The notes beneath the pieces are model-generated. The model did not search any database and was not told the DNA's origin. It was given only the letters and a program-made list of their open reading frames with translations. Shown piece after piece: positions 11,077 through 24,078 of a stretch of 64,000 bases of DNA. This DNA is from Takakia lepidozioides (taxonomy: Eukaryota > Plantae > Bryophyta), in contig CM060732.1 in assembly GCA_030704615.1 (NCBI GenBank), forward strand, positions 22,940,001 through 23,004,000, given 5' to 3'. Made by a program: the position numbers and the translations under genes. Each line of letters opens with the position of its first letter. Position 1 is the first letter of the stretch.

Positions 11077-13392
11077 GTGGTAGGGTTGCGACAGGCCCAG
11101 TTGTTTGAATCAGGCGCCTCCACGATGACAACCGTTTTCAAAGGAAGACCAAGAGAGGGAGGCAACATCAACTCTGATTGCACTTGTGGGAATGTGAGGG
11201 CACTATGTAAGGCAAGACAACTGACCGAGGCGATGCACATTTTGAACCAACGAGGCAGTTCGGCAGACTCCACTACTTATGTCTGTCTCTTGCAGGAGTG
11301 CATCAAGATGAAAGGACTAGCTGATGGAAAGCAGGTCCATGCCCACATTACTGAAAGTGGATTCAAGCCAGACATATTTTTATCCAACGCCCTTGTCAAC
11401 ATGTATGCCAAGTGCGGGAGCGTGGTGGATGCACGTCAAGTGTTTGACAATATGCCTGAACGGGACATGTTTACTTGGAATATAATGCTAGCAGGATATG
11501 CCAAACAGGGGTTTCGTTGGGATGCAAGCCAATTGTTTGACGAAATGCCTACACGAGATGTGTTTACTTGGAATATAATGATAGCAGGAAATGCCAAGCA
11601 TGGGTGTGGTAAGCGCGCCCTGGAGATCTTTGAGCAAATGATAGGGGAAGGAGGGGTGCCCAACAAGGTCACATTTATTTGCGTTCTCAATGCCTGTGCC
11701 AGCCTGGCAGCCCTCGACAAGGGCATAGAGATCCATGCTGACATCATGAAATCTGCGGTTGTGCAAGATATCATTCTTGGGAATGCCCTTGTTGACATGT
11801 ATGCCAAATGCACGAGCTTAAAGTATGCCCGTCAAGTGTTTGACAACATGGCTCAACGAGATGTGGTCTCATGGAACTCCATGATTGCAGGATATGCTCA
11901 ACATGCGCATGGTAAGGAGGCTTTGGAGATTTATCAGCTAATGATAGGGGAAGGGGTGAGGCCCAACAAGGTCACGTTCATTTGCGTCCTCAATGCCTGT
12001 GCCAGTCTGGCAGCTCTGGAAAAGGGCATAGTGGTCCATACTGACATCATGAAAGCTGGAATCTCTCCGGATATTATTCTGGAGAATGCCCTTGTTCACA
12101 TGTATGCCAAATGCGGGAGCCTAAAGGAGGCGCGTCAAGTTCTGGACAATATGGCTGAACGAGATGTGGTCTCATGGAACACGATGATCACAGGATATGC
12201 TCAGCATGGGTATGGTAGGGAGGCTTTTGACATCTATGAAGAAATGAGATGGGAAGGGGTGCTGCCGAACAAAGTCACATTTACTAACGTCCTCAATGCA
12301 TGTGCTAGCCTGGCAGCCCTTGAAAAGGGCAAAGAGGTTCATGCTGACATCTTCAAATCTGGCATTGCACCAGATGTCATTCTGGAGAATAGCCTTGTCG
12401 ACATGTATGCCAAATGTGGGAGCATGAAGGATGCATATCGAGTGCTGAAAAATATGCGTAGACGAGATTTAGTCTCATGGAACGCCATAATCACAGGATA
12501 TGCCCAGCATGGGTGTGGCATTGAAGCTCTGCACCTATTTGAACAAATGCAACAGGAAGGCTTTAAGCCGGACAGTATCACCTTTATAGGTCTTCTCTCT
12601 GCTTGTAGTCATGTGGGCCTAGTGGATGAAGGTCGTCACTGTTTTGATTCTATGATTCAAGATCATAGTCTGACTCCCACAGTGGAACATTTTGGCTGTA
12701 TAGTAGACCTTCTTGGTCGTGCAGGGCGATTGGATGAGGCAGAGGACTTCATTAAGAAAATGCCAATTGAAGCAGGTGGTGCAATGTGGCGGACCTTGCT
12801 TGGTGCCTGCAGAGTTCATGTTGATGTGGAGGTCGCAGAACGTGTGGCCAAATGCCTTCTCAAGTTGGATGCAGAGGATGCTTCAAGTTACGTGCTGCTA
12901 TCAAACATCTATGCCGCAGCTGGCAGGTGGGATGATCAAGCAAAGGTGAGAATAATTATGAGGGATAGAGGCGTCAGAAAGGTGCCAGGGCGCAGCTGCA
13001 TTGAGGTTGCCCACCAGGTGCATACATTCGCTGTAGAAGACAAAGCACATCCAAAAATTGAGGAAATAAATGTTGAGCTGAAGAGATTGTTTCAGCTGAT
13101 GACGGATGCAGGGTACATGCCTAACACAGATTTTGTATTGCATGATGTGGACAAGGAGGAAAAGCAATTCTCCCTTTGCCACCATAGTGAGAAGCTGGCC
13201 ATTGCTGTTGGGCTCATTAGCACACCCCCTGGGACACCTCTCCGTGTCATCAAGAACCTTCGAGTGTGTGGTGACTGCCACACAGCTACCAAGTTCATCT
13301 CAAAGATTGTTGGACGTGCAATTGTGGTACGGGATGCCAGCCGCTTTCACCACTTCGAAGATGGGGTTTGCTCTTGTGGGGATTACTGGTGA
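11077..13392 (+). CDS. PLS-class pentatricopeptide repeat protein with E1-E2-DYW cytidine deaminase domain (organellar C-to-U RNA editing factor); first ATG at 11124
   Basis: Uninterrupted 771-aa ORF with P-L-S motifs ([23 protein letters not shown]), PG box PGRSCIE, zinc ligands HSEKLA and CGDCH, and C-terminal CSCGDYW. Confidence 0.97.
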   Translation: MVGLRQAQLFESGASTMTTVFKGRPREGGNINSDCTCGNVRALCKARQLTEAMHILNQRGSSADSTTYVCLLQECIKMKGLADGKQVHAHITESGFKPDIFLSNALVNMYAKCGSVVDARQVFDNMPERDMFTWNIMLAGYAKQGFRWDASQLFDEMPTRDVFTWNIMIAGNAKHGCGKRALEIFEQMIGEGGVPNKVTFICVLNACASLAALDKGIEIHADIMKSAVVQDIILGNALVDMYAKCTSLKYARQVFDNMAQRDVVSWNSMIAGYAQHAHGKEALEIYQLMIGEGVRPNKVTFICVLNACASLAALEKGIVVHTDIMKAGISPDIILENALVHMYAKCGSLKEARQVLDNMAERDVVSWNTMITGYAQHGYGREAFDIYEEMRWEGVLPNKVTFTNVLNACASLAALEKGKEVHADIFKSGIAPDVILENSLVDMYAKCGSMKDAYRVLKNMRRRDLVSWNAIITGYAQHGCGIEALHLFEQMQQEGFKPDSITFIGLLSACSHVGLVDEGRHCFDSMIQDHSLTPTVEHFGCIVDLLGRAGRLDEAEDFIKKMPIEAGGAMWRTLLGACRVHVDVEVAERVAKCLLKLDAEDASSYVLLSNIYAAAGRWDDQAKVRIIMRDRGVRKVPGRSCIEVAHQVHTFAVEDKAHPKIEEINVELKRLFQLMTDAGYMPNTDFVLHDVDKEEKQFSLCHHSEKLAIAVGLISTPPGTPLRVIKNLRVCGDCHTATKFISKIVGRAIVVRDASRFHHFEDGVCSCGDYW

Positions 13393-16300
13393 AAGAAGCA
13401 GTGTGCATAGAAAGGAAGTCTACCACCTCAGCAATGGTGATAGAAAGGTCATAAGTTGTCCTTGTTTGGCCCCAATCCAAAGGGAAGGTTTTGGATGTGG
13501 GTTCTGTGTCTTCCTTGTTTGGTCCCATACTGAGCACCAGGAAGGCCAAGTGACAATACAGGGGTAGCACACCCTGGGCCACAGAGCTAATACAGAGAAG
13601 ACAGAAATGTCTATTGTGTGGCAATCAGAATGACGAGGCTTCCATTGAGAAGAACAATGCAGACATTCTGTGGAAATGGAACATGCACTCAGTTGATCAC
13701 TCCAACCTGAATCATCCAGATGACTTTCTTTCATCGGTATTGTGCACATTCTTCATCCCATATTCAGCCCTTCTTCCTTCAAGCAATGGCACTGTCCCTT
13801 GTGTGCCTGCACATTGCAAGAGATGAAGCCCTCCGTTATAAAAGTCGAATTATAAATCTGGAGAGAAGGATGTAGGGGAGAGAGAGTGTGTGAGCATGCT
13901 GTGAGGTGTATCAGGAAGGCAGGTCTGGGCATAGGAATAACCCCTTGTCTATAAAAACATAAACCCCTCCACTTGCTAGAAAGTAGCAACAGTAGTGCGT
14001 ACTGCCCGGCCCAATCCTACTTTTTTGCCTGATGGAAAATAATTTCATGTCATTTCCAATGGTTAGCCCAGATGTTTGGGCTGTTTTAACCCTTAAGGTC
14101 CATTCGCACCTGGGGTTATATGAGGGATTAAAACCGAATATAATTTACCTTGCTTATGCACTGTTCCTACACTGAATTAGATTTGTCCCAAAATCTGACT
14201 TGGCAATGGGGGTAAAGGCTGGGGCCAGATTTATCTCTGATATTCTTTAAATTTTTTTTAAAAGTCTAGATTGGGGGTGTGGGTTGGGGGTGTGGGTACG
14301 GCCTCTCATTTTAATATAATAGCGTCTTCAATGCCCACCCTCCGTGGCCGCAAGGGCCCCACTCACGGACGACCACCCACCCGCTGCTATGCGTGGTCGG
14401 CGACGCCCGCCTCAACCACGCCTGCTGCTGCCGCAGTCCGTCGCTCCACTGTCCCCAAGAGCCAGTCTGTTGTGCCACTCGCTGGTCCCCTCTTCTCGGT
14501 TTGTTGCCCCGCGTCCCCTATGCCAGTCCGCTGTCGGCGTCGGATCTGAACCGTGTAGGGCACCACTCTCCTGCTTTGTTGTTTGATGTTGCAGTAGACG
14601 TTTCTACGCATGCTGTTGTTCTTCGTATTTTCTGTGGTGTTCATGATGTTGAAGGGTGTGCCTCAACATGAGAAGAGTCGTGAGGCCCTACAGCCACCAT
14701 CGTGCATATGCTTCCACTATTGTTGCCATCTTATTGTGCTAATGTTGTCGGTTTTGGCGAAGAAATCTTACTTGTCATGCAGCATGGGCGTTTTGCATTT
14801 GCGGTTTGTGTGTCTCGTCGTTATGATCTGCCGCATGTGTTCTTACGGCTCTTTGAAATGCAAGGCCTCGTCAATCCTGGCTAATGCTAGGAAACATGGC
14901 TTTAGTGAACATGGCTTTATGGTATGGTTGAATGTCATAAATATGCAAAATGCTTTATCTCTCCTCCATATCGTCATCAGCCGGATGGCTTGTCAGCCAT
15001 CATGAGAGGCTTCACCCGTTCATATTGCAACGGAAACCATGGATAAGATAGTGAAAATCGCAGAAGCATATGTATATGATGGCATATATACATTGTATTT
15101 CATATCCACATATAGGACTGTTATGGGGACATAACATGTGCAACTTTTGACGGACCTGTGCATAAGTTAGACATATCGGATGGACCTGAAGCACAGATCT
15201 GTGGGTCTGCCCAAGACTCACGTCTTCGATCGGCTATACGTAGGTGGACCGTCCTACTGTCAATGCTTGCATCTGCGGTTTGTTGGACTGCTCGTCTGTC
15301 GAGGCAGGAGGCCATTCTCTGGGACGGACTGTTTGTGGGACCGTCAGTCCTTTGGCCGATCCTCAGTCCGTTGGACCGCCAATCCGTTTGCAGGTCCGCT
15401 AGACCGCCACTGTGACGACCTCTCAGTATGCTGGACCATCAGTCTCATGACCTCTCAGTGTGTTGGACCAGTCTGATGACCTCTCAATCTATTAGACAGT
15501 CCGTCTGTTGACCTGTTAGACTGTTGAATTTGTCAGTTTGTCAATTTGTTCGACCGGCAATGTATTGGTCTGATAGTACTCAGTCTCTTCTGTCGTCGTA
15601 TTGTCGCCTCCTAGTCTCTTCTCTCGTTAGCCTTTTGGCCCCTCTTCTCTCGTCAGTCTGTTGAGCCGTCGATCTGTTCCACCATCGGTCTCTTGGGATA
15701 TTAGTCTCTTAGACCGCGACTTTGTTAGTCTATTGACATGTCAGTCTGTTGTGCCATCAGTTTGTTGGACCGTCAATCTCAGCATGTGTAAGTTTGGTGG
15801 ACCTATTGGGGACCTATTAAGTGCGATGATGGAAAGACGGCGCTAGTGAAATCGTGCCACGTCGCCAGTCTCTTATGTCGTTGTATTTTGGCCTCTCAGT
15901 GTCTTCTCTCGTCAGTCTTTTGGCCTGCTCTCTCGTCAGTCTGTTGAACCGTCGGTTTGTTCGACAATCTGTCTCTTAGGATATCAGTCTGTCGAACCGT
16001 CACTTTGTAATTAGCCTGTTCACTTGTCAGTCTGTTCGTCTCTAAATCTGTTGGATCGTCAGTCTCAGCATCTGTAATTCTAGTGGACCTATTAAATGCG
16101 ATGACGGCGGAAAGGCGGTGCCAGCAAAATCGCACCACGTCGTGGACTCTCGTACTGCATTTCCGCCAAGTTGTCTGCTTCAACTTCTCCTTCACGGCAG
16201 TCCCGTTCCCTTCTTTTCTCTCGACCTCTCCGTTGTGAGTGTTCGCTTTCTCATCGCCTAACGAGAGAGGACCCTCCTTCCGCAGGAGTAGAGAGTCGCG

Positions 16301-16399
16301 CTTAGCCGCAAAGCGTCGCCAACACCGTCGTCTTCGTAACACGTCCACGTTCGTCGGCCTGGTGAACTCTCTTCTTTCTTCTACTTTTTTTTTTTTTCT

Positions 16400-19260
16400 A
16401 TTCTTTGTTCCCTTCTTGTCTTCTTGCTTTTAGTCTTACATGTGTTGCTCAAGCTCTTTCCAGTCATCTCGCAGAGTCCTCAATTCCTCGTCTGATTCTG
16501 CAACGATGGAGGATGCATATGCGAAAGGTGGTCGATTTGGTGCACTTAATCTGGATAAAAAAGCAGCGAAGGTACTGGTACTCACCATATGAGTACGTTG
16601 CCAAAATAGAAGCACTCCACAGGCGTGAAAACTCAACACACTTTGTCCTTAATAACTTCTTCACAGAAAAGACACCTCAGCCAATCATTCTGTGTTGATA
16701 CAGGTTGCAAGGCCAGAATTCCAATTTCAAGCCTTGGCCCATACCAGCATCAATGAATGCAGCACATGGGGCCACTACCCGATGTCGCGGTGCAAATGCA
16801 GTCCCCCGCAGTGTGGAGGAATTGCGCACATGGTATTTCATGGCTTCTAGTTTAATGGAAGATGTGCAGGTGCAAGAAATGCTTGTGGCTCCCAAAAAAC
16901 ACAAACTCAGTGATGAGGCCAAAAATAATAATAATAATAATTTAAAAAAAAAACATAAAGCTGCAAGGTCTGTACACGATGCAAGGGAAGATTCCATACA
17001 AGCGGGTCGTCCCCAACAAATGCGGATCAGGTATTTGCCACAAACCACGACCATTAGTACTTCAAATGAGCGTGATTCTGCTGAGTTCGGGCAAAACATC
17101 ATCCAGAATGATGACTTTGAAGGGTATTAAGTGCACTAGATATTCAGTTGCCTGACCAGATAAAAAGTCCATAGATACAAGCTAGGACACCACCTCCCCT
17201 GCCAAGACCACTGAGGTAATCCATCAAGATAAAGTCCACTCAAAATAGACCTCGAATGATGAAGCTCAGAAGACCCGTAAGAAGACTGACGGCCCTGTGT
17301 GTCCCGGCACATTGCACCTAATTAGATTGTTTGGGGTTTTCCCATTGGCGTGCCCACCACAGGACGATCCAGAGTTCTTCACTTTTTTCTTGAGATTTGT
17401 GCAGTCAGGATAGATGTACATAACCATCCGCGCAGTGGAACAAAACTGGTTGAAGTACATTGAAGATGAGGAGGAGGACGACCAGGACGATGAAGACCAG
17501 GAGGTAATGGCCACCTACATTATGGAAACATTCGGGGAAATTAGTTTGTTGGGTCAGTACTCTGCCTCTTTAGTCCACTGGAAGACTGCGCCGCTCAGTC
17601 CGCTCAGGCAAGGGAATGAAGCAGACTGAGGTGAAGGTATGACCAGTGTCACAAGGTGTGAAGAACAATAATTAGGTAGACGAGTGGACTGACTAGCGCA
17701 CTCAACCGGCGGATTGACGAATCCAGGTGGCGGACTGACGGGCAGGGTGAAGGACTGAGCAGTCTCATGAGGACTAAAGAAGAATACTACGGAAGACGAG
17801 CGGACACATCAGGGAAGATACTTGCATGGCTATCCTGAGGCTATTGACTTATTTCTGAAAGCTTTTGAATGTTTGTATGAGCAGTCTCCCAGCAAGATGG
17901 AAGTCTTGGTGACAGTGGCAATGATTTCAGGGCGGCTTATAGTAGATGAGGATGAACAATCTAGGGTAAGGAATAGACCTTTCGTAAAGCACATTGCTTT
18001 GATGTCTGTACATTTGAAACTATGTGGCAAAGCACTTATGTTGCTTAAGTTCCTCAGTCCGCTAGTTGAGTCTGCGAAGTACAGTCCGCTGGTTGTGTCA
18101 GCGAAATACAGTCCGCTGGTTCAATCCACATATAGTTCCTACACGGGCCTATTTGAGTCCGCTAGTTGAGTCCGCTGATGGAATCCGGTGGTCGAGTCCC
18201 CTGGTTGAGTCCGCTTGGACTCTAAAGTTACCTGACGTTATTTTGTTTTCTGCTCTATAGCAAGCTGATGTTGAATGACTGTGTATCAGGAGGGCCATTC
18301 CTACTTGGTGGACGCGGAGCACGTGAATGGGGTGCGGATGGAAATGGACCGGGTGCGGGAACAGATTTTGTACAAATATCCATGGTCATCTGTTGCCATG
18401 GCAGCATTAGATACTAAAGACGGCCCACGTATAGACAGTCCAGTGAAAACCACACAGAGCCCAGGGTCGGTGGAGATAGGGCCAACCCAAACCGCCATTG
18501 AAGCGGGTGCCATCTTCTCTTCCACCGTGCGGGCCTTTTTGGCGTGTGGAGATCGTCATTACCAAAGCTCAAGATCTGACACTTTCCCGATTAATTACGG
18601 TCGGTCATTGGTATAGTGAGCTCCACCGATTGTCGCGGACCGCCGGTGGCCCTTTTCTTTTCATTATTCCATGGAGTTTACTATTGAGGAAGCCAACCAA
18701 GTTCTTGAAGGCGCACAGTTGCTTGCAGGTGCTGCCACAAGGGAACGAAATGAGCCGCCACTACTTGTGCAGCTGATTCTCATGGATGACCCATGCCCGC
18801 ATGAGGTTAGATATATGCCTATGGCACATCCAACCTTCGGGGTGCGCAAAAAACACTTGTCAGAAATGACTCCGAAGCACTTTGAGCGCATGACAGTTTC
18901 CTTCCTTCAGCATTGATGGATGCAATTTGGCAATTTTCGTTCATACACAACATTGGTCAGGGATCTGCACAGTCTTCGCATAGAACTCCACATGCACGAG
19001 AGAGAGTGTTGTGGATGACGCGTTACTTTGGTTTGCATTGGTAATGGAGCGAGCAGTCCTTGACATTGTCTTGCAGAAACCTGATGGCTTCAGAAGACTA
19101 TGGCGTGTGACCCCGGCTGAAGACCACATATCAGCTCTTGGCCATCTTGATGGAGCATTTTTGTGCAAATAAAAGATATTGGTCTCATTGGAAATCTCCT
19201 TGAAGGTAATATCTTAGTCTACTATATCATTTTCAAGTCCACTATTCTTCTTCTGCAGGG
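16400..19260 (+). pseudogene. Degenerate spliced coding relic of unknown family, probably TE-associated
   Basis: Protein-like segments 16405-17130, 17414-17540, 17822-18050 and 18261-19170 are broken by stops and frameshifts and separated by AGTCCGCT/GGACT short repeats. Acceptor-like TCTATAG at 18260. Family not recognised. Confidence 0.35.
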
Positions 19261-19282
19261 CTACTTCTTCATGTGAGGCTAA

Positions 19283-19650
19283 TGAAGCCAGTTTATTTGT
19301 TTGTTTTGTTTTGTTTTGTTTTGTTTGGTAGCGTTGAGATTTCCCAAACCGCGAGGCCCCAGCGCTGGTGCTTGGTCCCGTTTGAAAGCCCTCGTCGAGG
19401 AGGGGTGCACGGGCTTGGTCTCACGATTTTGGACCTGCGGGGTGGGAGATGTGGAATTTCAAGTATTTGGGTCACTGGAAATTCACGAAAAATTGCAAAG
19501 TGGGCATTCCTGGGACAATGGTTGGAGCCTCGACAAGAGCGATATCAAGGGAAAGGTCTCCGGTTTAAATCTGGTTGTAGGCTATTGTGGAAAAAAATGC
19601 ATTTGGACTTAGATGACATTGGATACTTGGGCCAATGACACAGGCTACCA
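19283..19650 (+). repeat. Copy of the Helitron-like repeat family
   Basis: Reverse-complement match to 3410-5645 modules (GAAAGCCCTCGTCGAGGAGGGGTGCAC, GTGGGAGATGTGGAATTTCAAGT). Confidence 0.75.
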
Positions 19651-20156
19651 TCTCAACAGACTGAACATGATAGACTATTGCACTCAATGCAGCAGACTGT
19701 ACTGCAGCCGACTACGGCGAAACAACACAAGTCCCTGAAGACTGTCGACAGTGGGCTCCACATTGTCCCACCGAATGTTTAGGAGACTGAAATGCTGACA
19801 ACAGAAAAGAGTGTGCGGCAGATTGTTCAGCACACTGTGCAGGGGACTGTCGGGCAGACTGTTGGGCAGACTGTGCAGCAGATTGAGGAGCACACACAAC
19901 AAACTAATGGCGAGCAGCCTGCCGAGCAGACTAACAAGCAGCCTGACGAGCAGACCGAGCGTACTGATCTTGAAAATCCACCAGCAGCACTTGTCCAGCA
20001 GACTGTGATGACATCATTATGGCCCTGATGGAACCCCCAGCTGCGACCTCTACCCCAAGCCCCTCTACATTGAACCACATAAAACAATTAATATCCTCGC
20101 TATTTGGGCATGTGAGCACAAAGCAAGTAGTGAATAAATTAGACATATATTGGGGT

Positions 20157-23100
20157 TGTCAAGTTATTTTACCACTAGTGTGAAACTAGCTAGGAAATAG
20201 CTAGCTTTTACATATTGACATTTGGGATTGGCCCAAGTGTCAATCCAGGGGTCAAGGCAGATTTAGGCCCTGGAGTGGTTATCTTCACGGCAAGCGCGGG
20301 AGGCTCATCTTTCTCGAGTTGAGCCTCACTGTGCCTAGCTATGGCGCCGTAGTGTGGATTCCCCATGGCGTGGGGTGCACTTGGCTTGACTTGTATTTGA
20401 GTGATGAGGTTATATATGCATGAGTTTATGCTTCAGATTTGTGAGCTCGTGCTTGTATTCTTCTTCTTTATCACTCGAGAAAGATCAGCTCGTATCTATG
20501 AGTGCTAGATACGAGTTAGTTGTAGCACTTGTGGTTTTTGCTCGAGAATGAGAGAAACCAAGTTGTTATGCAAGGAGCACCGTGGAGCTCTTGGTTGTTG
20601 GAAGCGGAGGCAATGTGGGTTACGAGGTGGTAAACCTTGGCATTCGATCTTCAGCTTCAGAGATGAAAGCACCATACTGTAGGTAATTCCAGAGCACCTT
20701 GATGGTTTCAGATTGTGTACATGCATGAGCAAGCATGATTGGGAAGAGGACCAGTCAAGAGCAGGTTATAGTGGCTTTGGTGGCAAAGCTGAGAACTGGA
20801 CTTGGGAATGCGAGCTTTCATTGTGTGAAGGATTGCAAGACCAAGCGAAAGGGCTGATTTGGCTTGGGGCAAATCAGTGCACTTTGTGGAGTATGGTGAG
20901 ATTGGGTTTCAATCTCGAGCTTCAGCATTGAGAGGGCTCTTGTCATGGCGAGAGCAGGGCTGGAACAGGAGCTAAGAGGTGCGGCAAGGCCATGGAATGT
21001 GCACCTAGGGTTTCAGAGCGTGGAAGAAGAGCTCTTGCACCACAAGAGAAGTGTCTTGTGGCTGGAAATGTAAGCCTTAGGGTTTCAGGAGCTTGGCAAA
21101 GGCTATGGAGTGCTTAGTCTTGTCTTAGAGAGCATCAAGGAGCCAAGGAGCCAAGATAGGGGGCTGATATCTCTTGTGTGAAGAGGTTGCATGTGTGGAG
21201 CATGTATTCAGCTCATTGAAGCTTCCATCTTCAAGCTTGGAGGGCAAGCAAGGAAGAGGGAAGGGCTGACTTCCCTTATGTGAGGGCAATGTATGTGTGG
21301 AGCATGCTATCAGCCTGGTGAAGGCTTGCACTTTTAGGTGTGGGAGTGCAAGAAAGGAAGGAAGGGGCTGGTTTCCCTGTAGGGCATGTAGAGCATGCTT
21401 TCAGCCTGCTGAAGCTTGTATTAACAGGTTTGTGGGTGCAAGAAATGAAGCAAAGGAGCTGATTCTCTTATGGTGAGAGTGGGGCATGTGTGGAGCATGC
21501 CTTCAGCCCATTGAGGCTCTTGTTTTCAAGCTTAGAGAGCTAGAACGGAAGGTCTAGGGCTGGTTTCCACTTGGAGTGAAAGAACAGCACTTGTAGGGCC
21601 TATGTGAGTTGGGGTTTCAACTTCAAGCTTGAAGGGAGCGCAACTCTTGAAGCAACAGGTGTAGAGGGCTGGAATAGGCTCTAAGACAGATGCTATGGCC
21701 AATGAGAGTGCTTGAATGAGTGCTCACAAGGGCTGGGAACCAGCAGGGCTTGGTTGTTTGCCATTGAGTTTAGTGGCGTGTTTGGGGAGGCTAAGTGAGA
21801 AAGAAGGCTTGGTTTGTGGCAACCACCTCATGGCTTAGGGCTACTATGGTGGTGTGTGGGAGCCGAAAGAGCAAGGATACCTTGCTGATTTCCTCACAGC
21901 CACCATAGCTCGGTGGAAAGAAGCCTAGAGTCCAAGAGACACAAACCCTAGCTTGGCGTGGCTAAACCCCTTGGAGAAATGGCTAAACTGCCAGAGCGGC
22001 CATGTGTGGCAAGCTGTGACAGGCTGTGATGGGCTGTGACAGGCTGTGCCCTGTGCCCTGTGGGGCTGTGACGGGCTGTGCGGGGCTGTGACAGGCTGTG
22101 CCCTGAGGCCTGTGGGGCTGTGACGGGCTGTGAGGGGCTGTGACAGGCCGTGCCTGAGGCCTTTGGGGCTGTGACGGGCTGTGAGGGGCTGTGACAGGCC
22201 GTGCCTGAGGCCTTTGGGGCTGTGACGGGCTGTGAGGGGCTGTGACAGGCCGTGCCTGAGGCCTTTGGGGCTGTGACGGGCTGTGAGGGGCTGTGACAGG
22301 CCGTGCCTGAGGCCTTTGGGGCTGTGACGGGCTGTGAGGGGCTGTGACAGGCTGTGCCCTGTGCCCTGTGGGGCTGTGACGGGCTGTGTCAGGCTGTGAC
22401 AGGCCGTGCCCAGTGGCCTTTGGGGCTGTGACGGGCTGTGCGGGGCTGTGACAGGCTGTGCCCTGAGGCCTGTGGGGCTGTGATGGGCTGTGACAGGCTG
22501 TGCCCATGGCCTTTGAGGCTGTGATGGGCTGTGAGGGGCTGTGACAGGCCGTGCCCATGGCCTTTGGGGCTGTGACGGGCTGTGAGGGGCTGTGACAGGC
22601 CGTGCCTGAGGCCTTTGGGGCTGTGACAGGCTGTGCCCTGTGCCCTGTGGGGCTGTGACGGGCTGTGTCAGGCTGTGACAGGCCGTGCCCAGTGGCCTTT
22701 GGGGCTGTGACGGGCTGTGCGGGGCTGTGACAGGCTGTGCCCTGAGGCCTGTGGGGCTGTGACGGGCTGTGACAGGCTGTGCCCATGGCCTTTGAGGCTG
22801 TGACGGGCTGTGAGGGGCTGTGACAGGCCGTGCCTGAGGCCTTTGAGGCTGTGACGGGCTGTGAGGGGCTGTGACAGGCCGTGCCCATGGCCTTTGGGCT
22901 GTGATGGGCTGTGAGGGGCTGTGACAGGCCGTGCCTGAGGCCTTTGGGCTGTGACGGGCTGTGAGGGGCTGTGACAGGCCGTGCCCATGGCCTTTGGGGC
23001 TGTGACGGGCTGTGAGGGGCTGTGACAGGCCGTGCCTGAGGCCTTTGGGGCTGTGACGGGCTGTGAGGGCTGTGACAGGCTGTGCCCTGTGCCCTGTGGG

Positions 23101-24023
23101 GCTGTGACGGGCTGTGTCAGGCTGTGACAGGCTGTGCCCAGTGGCCTTTGGGGCTGTGACGGGCTGTGCGGGGCTGTGACAGGCTGTGCCCTGAGGCCTG
23201 TGGGGCTGTGACGGCTGTGACAGGCTGTGACGGGCTGTGAGGGGCTGTGACAGGCTGTGCCTGAGGCCTCTGGGGCTGTGACGGGCTGTGAGGGGCTGTG
23301 ACAGGCCGTGCCTGAGGCCTTTGAGGCTGTGAGGGGCTGTGAGGGGCTGTGACAGGCCGTGCCCATGGCCTCTGGGGCTGTGACGGGCTGTGAGGGGCTG
23401 TGACAGGCCGTGCCTGAGGCCTCTGGGGCTGTGATGGGCTGTGACGGGCTGTGACAGGCCGTGCCTGAGGCCTTTGAGGCTGTGACGGGCTTGAGGGGCT
23501 GTGACAGGCCGTGCCCATGGCCTTTGGGGCTGTGACGGGCTGTGACGGGCTGTGACAGGCCGTGCCTGAGGCCTTTGGGGCTGTGACGGGCTGTGATGGG
23601 GTGTGACAGGCCGTGCCCATGGCCTTTGGGGCTGTGACGGGCTGTGAGGGCTGTGATAGGCCGTGCCTGAGGCCTTTGGGGCTGTGAGGGGCTGTGACAG
23701 GCTGTGCCTGAGGCCTTTGAGGCTGTGACGAGCTGTGGGGGCTGTGACAGGCTGTGCCCAGTGGCCTGTGGGACTGTGACGGCTGTGACCAGTGAGCTGT
23801 GTGGGCCTGTGCTGGTCTGTGGTGGCCCGTGTTGACCTGTGGATGGCCTGTGCTGACTCGTGGAGGCACTGGTGGACTAAGGACTGGCATGTGGTCTGGA
23901 AGGCCGAATTTTGAAGCTCGTGGAGGGCGGTTTGAGGAGTATCTTCATGATATTCCCATGGTCATGCAAGTTCAGGTGTAGGCTATGTTAGGAACTTAGT
24001 ATTCCAAACCATAAGCCGCAACA
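20157..24023 (+). mobile_element. Long 5' LTR of a Ty3/Gypsy element (5' boundary uncertain)
   Basis: Lies directly upstream of gag. Ends ...CCATAAGCCGCAACA, like the end of the LTR at 1345-3360, and shares core blocks with it. Confidence 0.6.
22010..23800. repeat. Tandem array: 10-bp unit GGCTGTGAC(G/A) organised into a 51-bp higher-order repeat
   Basis: TGACAGGCCG recurs at 22141, 22192, 22243 and 22294 (51-bp period). Subunits are GCTGTGACGG, GCTGTGAGGG and GCTGTGACAG. Confidence 0.95.
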
Positions 24024-24078
24024 GGTTCTCTACCCGGTTACCTTGTGGAGAGGGGGTTAGGGACATGTTCATGACCGG

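Noticed and set aside
22010-23800. CRISPR-like array
   Set aside because: No unique spacers, no cas genes, eukaryotic context.
21983-23890. Long ORFs of 232-301 aa (GTACHSPSQPVTA repeats)
   Set aside because: Artefacts of a stop-free 51-bp tandem array; frames switch with unit indels.
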